Below, in pieces: positions 29,715 to 41,399 of a stretch of DNA of 64,000 bases. A model generated the notes under the pieces. It saw nothing but the letters and a program-made list of their open reading frames with translations, made no database searches and was not told where the DNA came from. The stretch covers positions 1,448-65,447 of the forward strand of contig JBEDEC010000017.1 in assembly GCA_041175905.1 (NCBI GenBank). The letters run 5' to 3'. Source of the stretch: Bacteroidota bacterium. Lineage in GTDB: Bacteria > Bacteroidota > Bacteroidia > Chitinophagales > Chitinophagaceae. Position 1 is the stretch's first letter; every line of letters begins with the position of its first letter. A program made the position numbers and the translations under genes.

Positions 29715-31961
29715 TTGCCCTCGTTAAAAAAAGCTCCTAAAAATACATCGCCCTCCAAATCCGGAAAAAAAGTAGACCTACACCAGGCCCTACAACACTT
29801 TTTTGGGTTCACTAAATTCAAAGGGACACAGGAAAAAGCCATCGAAAGCTTGCTAGCTGGCCGAGACACCTTTGTGATTATGCCCACGGGAGGAGGTAAA
29901 AGCCTTTGCTACCAATTACCAGCTCTGATGAGCGAAGGGGTTGCCATTTTTGTATCCCCACTGATAGCGCTGATGAAAAATCAGGTTGATCTGGTGAGAG
30001 GTTTTAGTAGCCAAGACCATGTTGCACATTTTTTAAACTCTACCTTATCTAAAAAAGAGATTAAAGCGGTGCAAGACGATTTGCAGACTGGTAAAACCAA
30101 AATGCTTTATGTAGCGCCTGAAACCTTATCCAAGCAAGAAAATATTGAACTGTTTGCATCCCTGCCTATTTCCTTTTTTGCAGTAGACGAAGCACACTGT
30201 ATTTCAGAATGGGGTCATGATTTTAGACCAGAATACAGACGTCTTCGTGAGATGATGACACAAATCAATCCCGATGTCCCAGTTATGGCCTTGACAGCCA
30301 CTGCCACTCCAAAGGTGCAAAGTGACATTGTGAAAAATCTGGATCTACGCAACCCAAATATTTTTATTTCATCTTTCAACAGGCCTAACCTCTATTACGA
30401 AGTTCTTCCCAAGATTAAAAAAGCACAAACAGATGAAAGCATCGTTCGCTTTATCAAGGGAATGAAAAATAAAAGTGGTATCATCTATACACTGAATCGT
30501 AAAACAACGGAAGAGCTTGCAGATATATTAAACGCTAATGGCATTAAAGCCGTAGCGTATCATGCCGGATTAGATGCAAAGTTGCGTGCAGAGAGACAAG
30601 ATCAGTTTTTAGGAGAAGACGTGCAGGTGATTTGTGCCACTATTGCTTTTGGAATGGGAATTGATAAACCCGACATCCGCTTTGTAATTCACTATAACAT
30701 TCCAAAGAGTATTGAAAACTATTATCAGGAAACCGGACGCGCAGGACGAGATGGGTTAGAAGGTCGTTGTATGCTGTATTATTCACATAAAGACGTTTCA
30801 AAACTGGAACATCTTATGCGCGATAAGCCACTTAGCGAAAGAGAAGTTGGCGCTCAGTTAATCAATGAAACGGTTGCTTTTGCCGAAACAGGAGTTTGTC
30901 GAAGAAAAGTGTTGATGAGTTATTTTGGAGAGACGTATGAGACAAAAAATTGTGGGCAATGTGACAACTGCAAACATCCTAAAGAACAAATTGAAGCGAA
31001 ACAAGAAGCGCAATTAGTTTTAAAAGCCATTCAGCAATTAGATGAACGTTTTGCTACCGAATACATTGTGCACATACTCACTGGTAAGCTAACTCCACAG
31101 ATCACTATGTTTCGTCACGAAGGAATCGACGCCTTTGCCAGTGGAAATGACAAGGATGCATTTTTTTGGCAATCACTGATCCGACAGATGATCTTAGAAG
31201 GATTATTACGAAAAGACATCGAAGAGTATGGTGTGATAAAATTCACAAAAAAAGGAGAAGCCTTTTTGAAGAAACCGAAACCTTTCTCTGTTGTACTCAA
31301 TAAGCTATATGAAAATGCAGACGGAGAAGATGATTGGGAAGTGGCGGAGGAAAGTAATGAAATTGCAGTAGACGAGGTTTTATTCAAACAACTCCTCGAG
31401 CTAAGACAACAAGAAGCGAAGAAGAAATCGCTTCCTCCCTTTGTTATTTTTCTCGAAACTTCGTTGCGAGATATGGCCACCACTTTTCCTATCAGCCTAG
31501 AAGGACTCGAAAAGTGTCAGGGCGTTAGCAAGGGAAAAGCGCTCAAATATGGTAAACCCTTTGTAGAGTTGATTGCTAATTATGTTGAAGAGAATAATAT
31601 TGAAAGACCAGATGATTTTGTGATGAGGAGTGTGGTCAATAAAAGCGGTAATAAGGTTTATATTATCCAGAATACAGATAAAAAAGTTCCCCTCGAAACA
31701 ATCGCCCGCAACAAAGGATGGCGCATGGACGAAATGCTCGAAGAAATAGAAACCATTGCAGCCAGCGGAACACGTCTCAATCTAGACTATGCCATTGACG
31801 AATTGTTAGACGAGAACGACCAAGAAGAAATTCTGGAATACTTCAAAGGATGCGAAACTTCTTCCTTACAAGTTGCACAAGAAGAATTATCCGATTATAA
31901 TTTCACTTGGGAGCAACTCAAAATCATGCGTATTAAGTTTCTCAATAAATACGGCATGTAG
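29715..31961 (+). CDS. recQ: ATP-dependent DNA helicase RecQ
   Basis: [41 protein letters not shown], Zn-binding CRR...CGQCDNC, RQC and HRDC regions. Confidence 0.97.
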   Translation: MPSLKKAPKNTSPSKSGKKVDLHQALQHFFGFTKFKGTQEKAIESLLAGRDTFVIMPTGGGKSLCYQLPALMSEGVAIFVSPLIALMKNQVDLVRGFSSQDHVAHFLNSTLSKKEIKAVQDDLQTGKTKMLYVAPETLSKQENIELFASLPISFFAVDEAHCISEWGHDFRPEYRRLREMMTQINPDVPVMALTATATPKVQSDIVKNLDLRNPNIFISSFNRPNLYYEVLPKIKKAQTDESIVRFIKGMKNKSGIIYTLNRKTTEELADILNANGIKAVAYHAGLDAKLRAERQDQFLGEDVQVICATIAFGMGIDKPDIRFVIHYNIPKSIENYYQETGRAGRDGLEGRCMLYYSHKDVSKLEHLMRDKPLSEREVGAQLINETVAFAETGVCRRKVLMSYFGETYETKNCGQCDNCKHPKEQIEAKQEAQLVLKAIQQLDERFATEYIVHILTGKLTPQITMFRHEGIDAFASGNDKDAFFWQSLIRQMILEGLLRKDIEEYGVIKFTKKGEAFLKKPKPFSVVLNKLYENADGEDDWEVAEESNEIAVDEVLFKQLLELRQQEAKKKSLPPFVIFLETSLRDMATTFPISLEGLEKCQGVSKGKALKYGKPFVELIANYVEENNIERPDDFVMRSVVNKSGNKVYIIQNTDKKVPLETIARNKGWRMDEMLEEIETIAASGTRLNLDYAIDELLDENDQEEILEYFKGCETSSLQVAQEELSDYNFTWEQLKIMRIKFLNKYGM

Positions 31962-31991
31962 TAGTTGACCAAAACCAGCAATAGCTACCAA

Positions 31992-32885
31992 TTAATTTTT
32001 AGGACGCTCTAGTAATTTGAAGAACTGATCCAATTGTGGCAACACAACAATACGTGTACGACGATTGGCGGCACGACCTTCACGATTTGCATTATCTGCT
32101 ACAGGTTTATATTCGCCTCTTCCTGCAGCTACCATTTTAGCCGGATCCAATCCATATTTTGTCTGTAATAAACGAACCACGGTTGTTGCGCGCAGCACAC
32201 TCAAGTCCCAGTTATCACTAATTACTCCGCTGCCACTAAAAGGAACGCCATCTGTGTGACCCTCTACCATAAACTCCAAATCAGGTTGATTCTTTAATAC
32301 CAGTGCTACTTTACCCAACACTTCGCTAGCACGATCTGTAATCTGGTAACTACCTGTCTTGAATAATAACTTATCTGAAATATCTACATATACAACTCCC
32401 TTATCTACTTTGATATTAATGTCTTCATCTGCTAAATTTCCGATAGCACCTTTCAGATTCATCACTAATGACATATTGAGAGAATCTTTATAGGCCATTT
32501 GCTGTTGGATATTTTGAATATAGAGATCCTTAATACCCAAGTTCTCCATTGACTTCTTGATGCTCTCTGCCTGCTGCGTAGAAATCACAGATAAATTTTC
32601 AAGTTGACGTAGTGTCTGATTATTATTTGCTTTCCAATAATCATTTTGTTCCTGTAATTCTTTAATACGTGCATTCAATAATGCTTTTTCACGCTCGAGG
32701 GTTTCCTTTTGACGAGCCAAGATTCCCTTTTCTTCTCCACAAACATTATTTTCAGACTCCAGCGTTTTGTAACGGTCTTGTAGCTTGGCAATATCAGCCT
32801 GGGCAGTTTTAAATTTTTTACTACTTACACAAGAATAAAAAAACAAGGGAGCAAATGCGATCAATAAAAAGGAACGGAGTTTCAT
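31992..32885 (-). CDS. Coiled-coil lipoprotein with MotB/OmpA-like peptidoglycan-binding domain
   Basis: Lipobox FYSC, heptad-rich segment, VEGHTD...NWDLSVLRA...NRR; promoter TATCTTTG at 32911-32904. Confidence 0.85.
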   Translation of the reverse strand: MKLRSFLLIAFAPLFFYSCVSSKKFKTAQADIAKLQDRYKTLESENNVCGEEKGILARQKETLEREKALLNARIKELQEQNDYWKANNNQTLRQLENLSVISTQQAESIKKSMENLGIKDLYIQNIQQQMAYKDSLNMSLVMNLKGAIGNLADEDINIKVDKGVVYVDISDKLLFKTGSYQITDRASEVLGKVALVLKNQPDLEFMVEGHTDGVPFSGSGVISDNWDLSVLRATTVVRLLQTKYGLDPAKMVAAGRGEYKPVADNANREGRAANRRTRIVVLPQLDQFFKLLERPKN

Positions 32886-32948
32886 ATTATGGGTTTGTTT
32901 GAACAAAGATAAAAAGCAACACGTAATGAGAACCTGTTAAATTTGTGG

Positions 32949-34166
32949 ATGCCCCCAAAAAGACAGGCTGCCGTCGGTTTTATATTTATTACCCTTTTTT
33001 TGGATGTGATGGGATGGGGATTGATAATCCCTGTATTACCTACACTCGTGAGCAGTTTGAAAGGTGTCCCAATCAACGAGGCAAGTTCCTATGGCGCAAT
33101 CCTATTATTTGGTTACGCCTTTTCCCAATTTTTATTTGCTCCGGTTTTAGGGAACCTGAGTGACCAGTTTGGAAGAAGGCCCATTTTACTTCTTTCTCTT
33201 TTTGGCTTTTCAATCAATTATTTATTACTCGCATGGGCACCCAGTTTTTTGTGGCTCATTATTGGAAGAATTGTTGCCGGAGTTGCAGGGTCCAGCGTGA
33301 GTACAGCTGGCGCCTATATTGCTGATGTGAGCACCGAGAGTACAAGAGCAAAAAACTATGGTATGGTTGGAGCCGCCTTTGGACTGGGGTTCATTATTGG
33401 CCCAGCTGTAGGAGGATTGGTTGCAAGCCTGGGTGTACGTGCCCCCTTTTATGCAGCAGCTGTACTTTGTTTACTGAATGGTCTCTATGGTTACTTTATA
33501 TTACCAGAATCTTTATCGATAGAAAATAGAAGAAAGTTCAGTTGGAAAAGAGCAAACCCCTTTGGAGCATTAAAGATTTTTTTATCACACCCTACTGTTG
33601 CCCGGCTGGCAGTTGTATATTTTCTTATCTATTTAGGTGCGCAGGCTGTTCAAAGTACCTGGAGCTATTTTACAATGTACCGTTTTGGATGGAATGAAAA
33701 GATTGTGGGAATATCTCTTGCAGTAGTTGGATTACTTGTGGCAGTAGTGCAATCTGTTTTGGTACGTATTGTCAATCCAAGAATCGGAAACGAAAAAAGT
33801 ATTTATGTAGGATTAGCCTTTTATACAATTGGATTGTTCTCATTCGCATTTGCTTCACTGGGGTGGATGATGTTTGTTTTTTTGATTCCGTACTGCTTGG
33901 GAGGGTTGGCGGGTCCCTCACTGCAATCAACGCTTGCCAGTTTGCTTCCGCCGAATGTACAAGGTGAACTACAAGGTGCCCTAACCAGTTTGATGAGCCT
34001 CACCGCTATCATTGGCCCCTTGATTATGAACAACCTCTTTGCCTATTTTACACGATCTGATTCAACCATTCATTTCCCCGGAATTGCCTTCTTTTTAGGG
34101 TCATTGGCTATGCTTAGTAGTTTGATTATCAGTAAGTTGACATTTAACCGTGCAAACGCTCGTTAG
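32949..34166 (+). CDS. TCR/Tet-family MFS transporter
   Basis: [14 protein letters not shown], motif [12 protein letters not shown], motif [17 protein letters not shown] and LPES. Confidence 0.9.
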   Translation: MPPKRQAAVGFIFITLFLDVMGWGLIIPVLPTLVSSLKGVPINEASSYGAILLFGYAFSQFLFAPVLGNLSDQFGRRPILLLSLFGFSINYLLLAWAPSFLWLIIGRIVAGVAGSSVSTAGAYIADVSTESTRAKNYGMVGAAFGLGFIIGPAVGGLVASLGVRAPFYAAAVLCLLNGLYGYFILPESLSIENRRKFSWKRANPFGALKIFLSHPTVARLAVVYFLIYLGAQAVQSTWSYFTMYRFGWNEKIVGISLAVVGLLVAVVQSVLVRIVNPRIGNEKSIYVGLAFYTIGLFSFAFASLGWMMFVFLIPYCLGGLAGPSLQSTLASLLPPNVQGELQGALTSLMSLTAIIGPLIMNNLFAYFTRSDSTIHFPGIAFFLGSLAMLSSLIISKLTFNRANAR

Positions 34167-34225
34167 TTCGGATTTTTCTTGCCAACTTTGTTGCTTTCCT
34201 CAAAAGATTGCTAAAGCCATATCCT

Positions 34226-36085
34226 ATGACATTATCTCCTAATTTTTATTCTACCGAAACAGCCAAAGCACGTGCGGAATTAGAAACATGGGTGAATCAA
34301 ATTGCCAAGCATTGTTCGGCTACCTCCATTCATTGGTGTGATGGAAGTCAAGAAGAATATGACAACCTCTGTGAGTTATTAGTAAAAAAGGGAACCTTTA
34401 TTCGATTGAACCCTGAAAAAAGGCCCAACAGTTTTGCTTGTTTTAGTGATCCGAGTGACGTTGCACGTGTTGAAGACAGAACATTTATCTGCAGTCTGAG
34501 AAAAGAAGATGCGGGTCCAACTAATAATTGGATGGAACCCATTGAAATGAAAACGAAATTGAATGACTTGCTTAGGGGTAGCATGAAAGGAAGAGTTCTT
34601 TATGTAATTCCCTTCTGCATGGGCCCCATTGGTTCTCCCTATTCACGATATGGTGTTCAACTAACCGACTCGGAATATGCAGTAGTAAATATGCGTATCA
34701 TGACCCGTATGGGAACTGAGGTATTGCCTTATTTACAAAAGAAAGGATATGTAAAATGTCTTCATTCGGTAGGCGCTCCATTAGATGGAAATAAAAAAGA
34801 TAGCACCTGGCCTTGCAATCCAGATGTAAAATACATTTCTCATTTTCCGGAGGAAAGATTGATCATCTCCTATGGAAGTGGGTACGGTGGAAATGCACTG
34901 ATGGGAAAAAAATGTTTTGCACTTCGCATTGCCTCTGTCATAGGAAGAGAAGAAGGCTGGTTAGCTGAACACATGCTCATACTCGGTGTAGAGTCTCCGG
35001 ATAAACAAAAAAATTATGTGGCTGCTGCGTTTCCCAGTGCTTGCGGCAAGACCAACTTTGCGATGTTAATTCCTCCTCCTGCATTTGGCGACTGGAAAGT
35101 AACCACAGTTGGTGATGATATTGCTTGGATTCATAAAGGGAAAAAAGGCGGACTGCACGCAATCAATCCAGAAGCCGGTTATTTTGGTGTTGCACCTGGA
35201 ACCAATAGTCACACCAATCCCAATGCGATGGAAACCATCAAGGCCAACACCATTTTTACCAATGTGGCCATCACCGCAGATAAAGATGTATGGTGGGAAG
35301 GATTAACCAAAGAAATTCCTGCAGGATTAACTGACTGGACTGGTAAATCGTATGACCCTTCAAGCGGTAAACCAGCTGCACACCCGAATTCACGTTTTTG
35401 TGCACCCGCACATCAAAACCCTGCAATAGATAAAGACTGGGAAAATCCAGACGGTGTGCCCATCTCTGGTTTCATATTTGGAGGACGCAGAAGCACAGGC
35501 GTTCCACTCGTTTATCAAAGCTTCAATTGGAATTTTGGCGTTTATCTCGCCACAACCATGGGTAGTGAAATGACTGCAGCTGCATTTGGAGAATTAGGAA
35601 AAGTGCGTCGCGATCCTTTTGCGATGTTACCTTTTATGGGTTATCACATTGGCGACTATGTAAATCACTGGTTACAATTTGGACGTGATCTACCAAATGC
35701 TCCTCGTATTTTCAGTGTCAACTGGTTTAGAAAAGATGAAAATGGACAATTCTTGTGGCCGGGATATGGAGAAAATATGCGTGTCTTAAAATGGATTGTC
35801 GGAAGAATTCGCGGACAAGTCAGTGCAGTTGAAAGTCCAGTTGGATGGAGACCTCGTTATAGTGATATGGACTGGAGAGGAATGGAAAACTTTACGAAGG
35901 AAGACTTCGATAAAGTAATGATCATCGATCGCGAAGAAGGAAAAAGAGAATTATTGGGACACGAAGAACTATTTGAAAAAGTCTACGACAAACTCCCGAA
36001 AGAATTTTTCTTCATGCGTGAGTTATTGTTATCCGCTCTCTGGCGTTCCCCGGAAAAATGGGGGCAACAACCAGAGAGGGATTAA
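34226..36085 (+). CDS. pckG: Phosphoenolpyruvate carboxykinase (GTP)
   Basis: [53 protein letters not shown] and NWFRK motifs. Confidence 0.96.
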   Translation: MTLSPNFYSTETAKARAELETWVNQIAKHCSATSIHWCDGSQEEYDNLCELLVKKGTFIRLNPEKRPNSFACFSDPSDVARVEDRTFICSLRKEDAGPTNNWMEPIEMKTKLNDLLRGSMKGRVLYVIPFCMGPIGSPYSRYGVQLTDSEYAVVNMRIMTRMGTEVLPYLQKKGYVKCLHSVGAPLDGNKKDSTWPCNPDVKYISHFPEERLIISYGSGYGGNALMGKKCFALRIASVIGREEGWLAEHMLILGVESPDKQKNYVAAAFPSACGKTNFAMLIPPPAFGDWKVTTVGDDIAWIHKGKKGGLHAINPEAGYFGVAPGTNSHTNPNAMETIKANTIFTNVAITADKDVWWEGLTKEIPAGLTDWTGKSYDPSSGKPAAHPNSRFCAPAHQNPAIDKDWENPDGVPISGFIFGGRRSTGVPLVYQSFNWNFGVYLATTMGSEMTAAAFGELGKVRRDPFAMLPFMGYHIGDYVNHWLQFGRDLPNAPRIFSVNWFRKDENGQFLWPGYGENMRVLKWIVGRIRGQVSAVESPVGWRPRYSDMDWRGMENFTKEDFDKVMIIDREEGKRELLGHEELFEKVYDKLPKEFFFMRELLLSALWRSPEKWGQQPERD

Positions 36086-36093
36086 TCAATAAG

Positions 36094-37353
36094 TTAATAG
36101 GTTACTTTCTTGGTAGAAGGAGCAGTATAAACCTCTTGCACTTCGCCATCAGCAGCCACTCTGATTTTTACAGAATTGGAAGTACCTCCTTGTAATCCTG
36201 AACGCACCGTTAAGCGCTCTGGATTGATTCCTTCTTTCTCTACTAAATAATTAACAACAGTTGCTACTTGATCGGCACTACGTTGCTTTTCCATTTTAGT
36301 AGGTCCGCTGTAACCAGAAATCACATAGCGATTTGAAGGATTATTTCGAACAATTAGTGCTGCTTCTTGAAGCAATTCAGTGTTTGCTGTATCCAGTGCA
36401 TTTGTAGTTGGCGTAAAACGAATCTCAGGAATTACTACTGCTGCGTTAGGTGTAGTAGCTGGAGATACAGGTACTTCCTTAACAATATAAACCGTATCAG
36501 GAGCAGGGCATCCCAAGTGTTGAATTGGGCCTGGAACAGTTGGACACTTATCTTTTTCATCGGTAACGCCATCGCCATCCGTATCACATACCGGACAACC
36601 CGCATTAAGTGGTGAACCTGCTAAGCGAGGACATTTATCAGCGCCATCAGGCACGCCATCAAAGTCACTATCCAAACAAGAAGCATCATCAGTTGTAGCA
36701 CCGGCAAGAGTTGAAACCGAAGAACTTGCTTTTTTAGCATTACTGTTAAGACGCATGTAAATACCTAATGCAAAAATTACATTGTTACGAAGTTGATTAG
36801 TAACACCCCAACCGTAATTCACTTCTGCTGTTAACATAGTTGGTGTATTACGAGCTAAAAATCGTATACCGGCACCGGTAGGGATGCTTGCGTAAAAATT
36901 TCCAAATTGAGCATGTAAACCAGTATGCAGATAAGGTGAAACGGGTTGAAAATCTGGACCAAAATGATAATAAAGATCGCCTCTGAAACTAGTAAAGTTG
37001 TCTTTCAACGCCTTTAATGTTGGCACAGGCTTTGTACCCACGCGACCTGTAGAAAAACCAAGATCGGCAGAATAAGATAGACGAGAACCCGTGTTTCTGT
37101 AAAAAGAAATCAATAGTCCCGCATTACCTCTGGATTGAAGCGATTGTGGCAAACAGTTACAGGTGTCTTCAAGCGGACTTTCAGATACATAAAAATCCTG
37201 GCCCTGAAAACGCAGACCTACCGCATTCCACTTTGTATTAAAACCAAGAGGGAAAGGTTTAGGATTAATACGCTTTTGCTGTGCGCTTGCTGTAAGTGCA
37301 GTTGCAACTGTCAATAAGGTAATGAGTTGAAAATATAATACGTGCTTTCTCAT
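36094..37353 (-). CDS. OmpA-like outer-membrane protein: putative beta-barrel, TSP3-like repeats, degenerate OmpA_C domain
   Basis: Signal ASA|Q, amphipathic beta strands, DSDFDGVPDGADKCP and DTDGDGVTDEKDKCP, C-terminal VVNYLVEKEGINPERL. Confidence 0.78.
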   Translation of the reverse strand: MRKHVLYFQLITLLTVATALTASAQQKRINPKPFPLGFNTKWNAVGLRFQGQDFYVSESPLEDTCNCLPQSLQSRGNAGLLISFYRNTGSRLSYSADLGFSTGRVGTKPVPTLKALKDNFTSFRGDLYYHFGPDFQPVSPYLHTGLHAQFGNFYASIPTGAGIRFLARNTPTMLTAEVNYGWGVTNQLRNNVIFALGIYMRLNSNAKKASSSVSTLAGATTDDASCLDSDFDGVPDGADKCPRLAGSPLNAGCPVCDTDGDGVTDEKDKCPTVPGPIQHLGCPAPDTVYIVKEVPVSPATTPNAAVVIPEIRFTPTTNALDTANTELLQEAALIVRNNPSNRYVISGYSGPTKMEKQRSADQVATVVNYLVEKEGINPERLTVRSGLQGGTSNSVKIRVAADGEVQEVYTAPSTKKVTY

Positions 37354-37356
37354 CAA

Positions 37357-38352
37357 TTAGAATTTTTGTGTGAGTACAAATTCAAATCCACGGCGGATAT
37401 AACCACTAGTGCGTATGCTTGAGCTATTCATATCGTAATGAAGTGCTACTCTGGTTTTGTTATAGTTGAGACCAACGGAAGGAATGATGGCATCTTTCAA
37501 ACGGACTGCGCATCCCAATGAAAGAGATACATCTTGTTCTTCATTTGATATTTTACCAGAATTAGGGACTTGATCTCCGCTAACGAGTAACTGATACTGC
37601 GCTCCCACCAATACTTCACTGGCCCTTCCTTTCCAATTACCCACTCCATAGCCAGCAAAACTGCTTCTATCTGCATGTAATGTAAACCCACCTTGCAAAC
37701 TGGCTGTGCGATTCAATCTGAAATCATCCAACTTATTATTTTCAGTAAATGGGCGATTGAGATGACGAACAGATCCTCCTAAATACCACTCTACAGTAGA
37801 ACCCGTTTGAAACAAAGAAGCACCGGCATTAATACTTACAAAAGTGTATTTGTTTCCAGCACGAAGTGGATCGGTAGTAACTGCCCCAGTAATTGGGCCA
37901 TATTGATCAAACTGATCTGGGAAAGTACCCGTTGCCCCATATTTGTTGGTAGTAAGTGTCCCTTGAAATCCAACAGCTGCATAGAGGCCCTCTTTGTTTA
38001 AGGGTTGTGCATAAGAAAGACCAAGCAACCCAGTAGTTCCTTTGTAGAATCCGGAGTTCGTTTGATCAAAAGAAGCACCCAACGATACATTGAAGTATCC
38101 TTTATCGGCGCTGTTGATTGTATCCTTACGCTGCGCAATGGGTAGATTCAAAAGCAAACTCCCTGTTCTAAAAGAAAGCAGATTCTGATACCTGATATCT
38201 CTAAAGTTTACATTGACATCTCCGCGTCTATCGCGCTTGAGCGATTGGTTATACCATTGGCCCATTTGTTGTACATCGGCATTATGTAAATCCTGAGCCT
38301 GTACAGCAGTTAATGTTCCGAGTAGCAGAGCAAATCCTAAAATCTTTTTCAT
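37357..38352 (-). CDS. PorP/SprF family T9SS outer-membrane protein (divergent)
   Basis: A|QDLH N-terminus, HLNRP, DAIIP, YDMNSS and GFEF C-terminus; directly downstream of a type-B CTD gene. Confidence 0.82.
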   Translation of the reverse strand: MKKILGFALLLGTLTAVQAQDLHNADVQQMGQWYNQSLKRDRRGDVNVNFRDIRYQNLLSFRTGSLLLNLPIAQRKDTINSADKGYFNVSLGASFDQTNSGFYKGTTGLLGLSYAQPLNKEGLYAAVGFQGTLTTNKYGATGTFPDQFDQYGPITGAVTTDPLRAGNKYTFVSINAGASLFQTGSTVEWYLGGSVRHLNRPFTENNKLDDFRLNRTASLQGGFTLHADRSSFAGYGVGNWKGRASEVLVGAQYQLLVSGDQVPNSGKISNEEQDVSLSLGCAVRLKDAIIPSVGLNYNKTRVALHYDMNSSSIRTSGYIRRGFEFVLTQKF

Positions 38353-38381
38353 ACGTTACGTTTATAGTTGGATTAGCTTGA

Positions 38382-41300
38382 TTAACGAATTAAAGTGATC
38401 ATACCAGTTTCACGCATTGGTTTACCTTGGCCATCCTGCCCTTGCACAATCCATATATAGGTTTCTGCAGGCTGAATAACTCCTTTATAGGTACCATCCC
38501 ATGCTTGTAATACATTGTAGCACTCAAAGATGAGGTTACCCCATCGATTGTATACTTTGAAACACTCGAACTTCTTCATGCCTGGTACAGAAGGCTTAAC
38601 CACATCGTTCTTACCATCTCCATTTGGTGTAAAGATGGTTGGCATATGAATGCCTTTCACACAAGGAACTTTTACTGCTGCAGGTGAAGAAGGTGCAGAA
38701 GGACAACCATTTGAATTGGTTACTACTACTGTATAGTCACCCTCCGTTTTTGCAACGTATGTATCAGTTGTTGCTCCAGAAATAGCCACTCCATTTCTAT
38801 ACCACTGATAAGTAGTAGCAGAGCCCGCTTTCAATACAACGCTATCGTCTTTACAGAATGTCAATGGTCCAAGCGCTGTAATCGAAGGACGACTAGGAGC
38901 TGGCAATATTGTTGCAACAGCTACTTTGGCATTACCCGATTGATTAGGTAATACACCTGTGCCGCTTACAGTAACATAGTAAGTAGTAGAAATGCTAATT
39001 GTAGGCGTTACATACGTAGCTCCAGTATTCACAAGGTTTACGAGTGTTGCATCGGTATACCATCTGAATGTTGGATTCGGAACAGTTGTTGTACTAGCTT
39101 GTAGTGTTACTGCGCCACTAATACAAACAGGTGCGCTGTTTACTTGAATATCTTCAGGATCAGCAACTGACTGAACAGTTATTAGCAAGTTAGCAGTAGC
39201 TGTTCCTCCTTGTCCATCACTTACGGTGTAAGTAATAGGTGGCACCGTACCATTATAATTTGGTGCAGGGGTGAATGTATAGGTACCGTTTGTATTAATC
39301 ACTACAGTTCCCACACCTGGAATAGTAGCCGTAGTACCAGCGGGGTAACCAATACCATTAACCACAAATTGAGTTACTGTTAACGGATTACCATCAACAT
39401 CGGTATCATTGGTTAACACATTTCCAGAAACTGGTGTATCCTCTAATGTTGTTTGTGTATCATTTACAGCAACCGGTGCATCATTTACCGGAGTAATGCT
39501 TAAACTCAGAACAGCTGTATCGGTTGCACCTTGGCCATCACTTACAGTGTAAGTTACAGGTGGAACTGGGCCGTTATAGTTAGGCGCAGGTGTAAATGTG
39601 TACGTTCCATTCGCATTAATCACAAGTGTTCCAACCCCTGGGATAGTTGCAGTAGTTCCTGCAGTATATGTCTGCCCGTTAATTACAAATTGTGTTACAG
39701 TCAAGGCATTGCCGTCAATATCTGTATCATTTGTAAGAACGTTTCCAGATACAGGCGTATCCTCTAATGTAGTTTGTGCGTCGTTATTGGCATCTGGCGC
39801 ATCATTAACTGGCGTAACAGTTATAAGAAGATTCGCCGTATCCGTACCACCATTTCCATCACTAATAGTATAGGTGATAGGAGGAACAGTGCCATTATAG
39901 TTCGGAACAGGGGTAAATGTATATGTACCATTTGCATTAATCAAAATCGTTCCTACACCTGGTATCACTGCAGTTGTACCTGGGTAATATGTGTAGCCAT
40001 TTACTACAAAGCTTACTACAGTCAATGGGTCACTGTTCGGATCTGTGTCGTTAGTCAAAAGATTGCCAGTTAAGGCCACATCCTCTGCAACTGATACAAC
40101 ATCATTAACTGCATCAGGCGGGAAGTTAACTGTAAGTGTTGCCGAAGCAGAAGTATCTGCACCACAAATAAATCCAGCTTGTGAAGCTATAACGCGGTAA
40201 CGATAGCCTTGCATCGAAGCTGTAACACCATTAATTGACAATACCGAACTAGTTACACCACTGTAAGGCGATAATGCAGAAACGTTTGTCCATGTGGTAC
40301 CACTATTAGTGCTAATCTGCCATTGATAATTTACATTTCCTGCACTTACAGAAGCTGTCGAAGTAAAGCTAACTGTTGCACCTACACTGGTTAGTGTATT
40401 TGTAGGATCTCCTGTTATTACTGGAGCAGCGCCCGCTGTAGTATAGTTTGCAGTAGGCGTTGGATAGGTAGCGCCCACTACTTGTCCATTACTGTTTACA
40501 GTTGGTGGGTTACCATTTCCATAATAAAGGTTACCATCTGTTCCCTGCGCAGTTAATGAATTATAAGCTTCATTCGCATCTGAGCATCCATCATTGTCAG
40601 AATCTGTATCAAGATAATTTGGAATACCGTCGCCATCTGTATCGGTAGGTGTACAAGGTGCTACTCCGTTACAGCCATTATCTTCTACGGCATCTAAAAT
40701 ACCGTCATTATCAGAATCTAAATCTAAATAGTTAGGAATACCATCACCATCTGTATCCGTTGGTGTACATGGTGCAGTACCATTACATCCGGCATCTTCA
40801 ATTGAATCAGGAATACCATCATTATCAGAATCTAAATCCAAGTAGTCAGGCGTACCATCATTATCAGAATCTCTAGGAGAAGATGGATTTGGACCGGCTT
40901 CAATACTATCTGGAATACCATCGTTGTCTGAATCTAAATCCAAATAGTTAGGAATACCATCACCATCTGTATCAGTTGGCGTACAAGGTGCCGTACCCGT
41001 ACAGCCAGCATCTTCAACTGAATCTGGAATACCATCGTTGTCAGAATCTAGATCTAAATAGTTTGGAATACCATCACCATCTGTATCAGTTGGTGTACAA
41101 GGCGCCGTACCCGTACAGCCAGCATCTTCAACTGAATCAGGAATACCATCATTATCAGAATCTAAATCCAAGTAGTTTGGAATACCATCACCATCCGTAT
41201 CAGTTGGTGTACATGGTGCAGTACCCGTACAGCCAGCATCTTCAATTGAATCAGGAATTCCGTCGTTATCAGAATCTAAATCTAAATAGTTTGGAATACC

Positions 41301-41399
41301 ATCACCATCTGTGTCTGTTGGTGTACAAGGCGCCGTACCCGTACAGCCAGCATCTTCAAATGAATCAGGAATACCGTCGTTATCAGAATCTAAATCAAA
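38382..41399 (-). CDS. C-terminal part of the adhesin: TSP3-like repeats, Ig domain, three cadherin-like/Big_9 repeats, type-B CTD
   Basis: AVND...ED...GNxLTNDTD x3; FTPNGDGKND...YNRWG...WDG...ITLIR. Confidence 0.7.
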   Translation of the reverse strand, partial: FDLDSDNDGIPDSFEDAGCTGTAPCTPTDTDGDGIPNYLDLDSDNDGIPDSIEDAGCTGTAPCTPTDTDGDGIPNYLDLDSDNDGIPDSVEDAGCTGTAPCTPTDTDGDGIPNYLDLDSDNDGIPDSVEDAGCTGTAPCTPTDTDGDGIPNYLDLDSDNDGIPDSIEAGPNPSSPRDSDNDGTPDYLDLDSDNDGIPDSIEDAGCNGTAPCTPTDTDGDGIPNYLDLDSDNDGILDAVEDNGCNGVAPCTPTDTDGDGIPNYLDTDSDNDGCSDANEAYNSLTAQGTDGNLYYGNGNPPTVNSNGQVVGATYPTPTANYTTAGAAPVITGDPTNTLTSVGATVSFTSTASVSAGNVNYQWQISTNSGTTWTNVSALSPYSGVTSSVLSINGVTASMQGYRYRVIASQAGFICGADTSASATLTVNFPPDAVNDVVSVAEDVALTGNLLTNDTDPNSDPLTVVSFVVNGYTYYPGTTAVIPGVGTILINANGTYTFTPVPNYNGTVPPITYTISDGNGGTDTANLLITVTPVNDAPDANNDAQTTLEDTPVSGNVLTNDTDIDGNALTVTQFVINGQTYTAGTTATIPGVGTLVINANGTYTFTPAPNYNGPVPPVTYTVSDGQGATDTAVLSLSITPVNDAPVAVNDTQTTLEDTPVSGNVLTNDTDVDGNPLTVTQFVVNGIGYPAGTTATIPGVGTVVINTNGTYTFTPAPNYNGTVPPITYTVSDGQGGTATANLLITVQSVADPEDIQVNSAPVCISGAVTLQASTTTVPNPTFRWYTDATLVNLVNTGATYVTPTISISTTYYVTVSGTGVLPNQSGNAKVAVATILPAPSRPSITALGPLTFCKDDSVVLKAGSATTYQWYRNGVAISGATTDTYVAKTEGDYTVVVTNSNGCPSAPSSPAAVKVPCVKGIHMPTIFTPNGDGKNDVVKPSVPGMKKFECFKVYNRWGNLIFECYNVLQAWDGTYKGVIQPAETYIWIVQGQDGQGKPMRETGMITLIR
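39175..40120 (-). repeat. Three ~105-aa cadherin-like/Big_9 domain repeats
   Basis: Repeated TAxIPGVGT...NGTYTFTPxPNYNGxVPPxTYTxSDG. Confidence 0.85.

Noticed and set aside
31992-32885. Flagellar motor MotB
   Set aside because: It is a lipoprotein with no MotB transmembrane helix and no motA neighbour; only the peptidoglycan-binding domain is shared.
32949-34166. Acquired tetracycline-resistance gene
   Set aside because: No tetR or mobile context; Tet-like MFS genes are common chromosomal genes and the substrate cannot be inferred.
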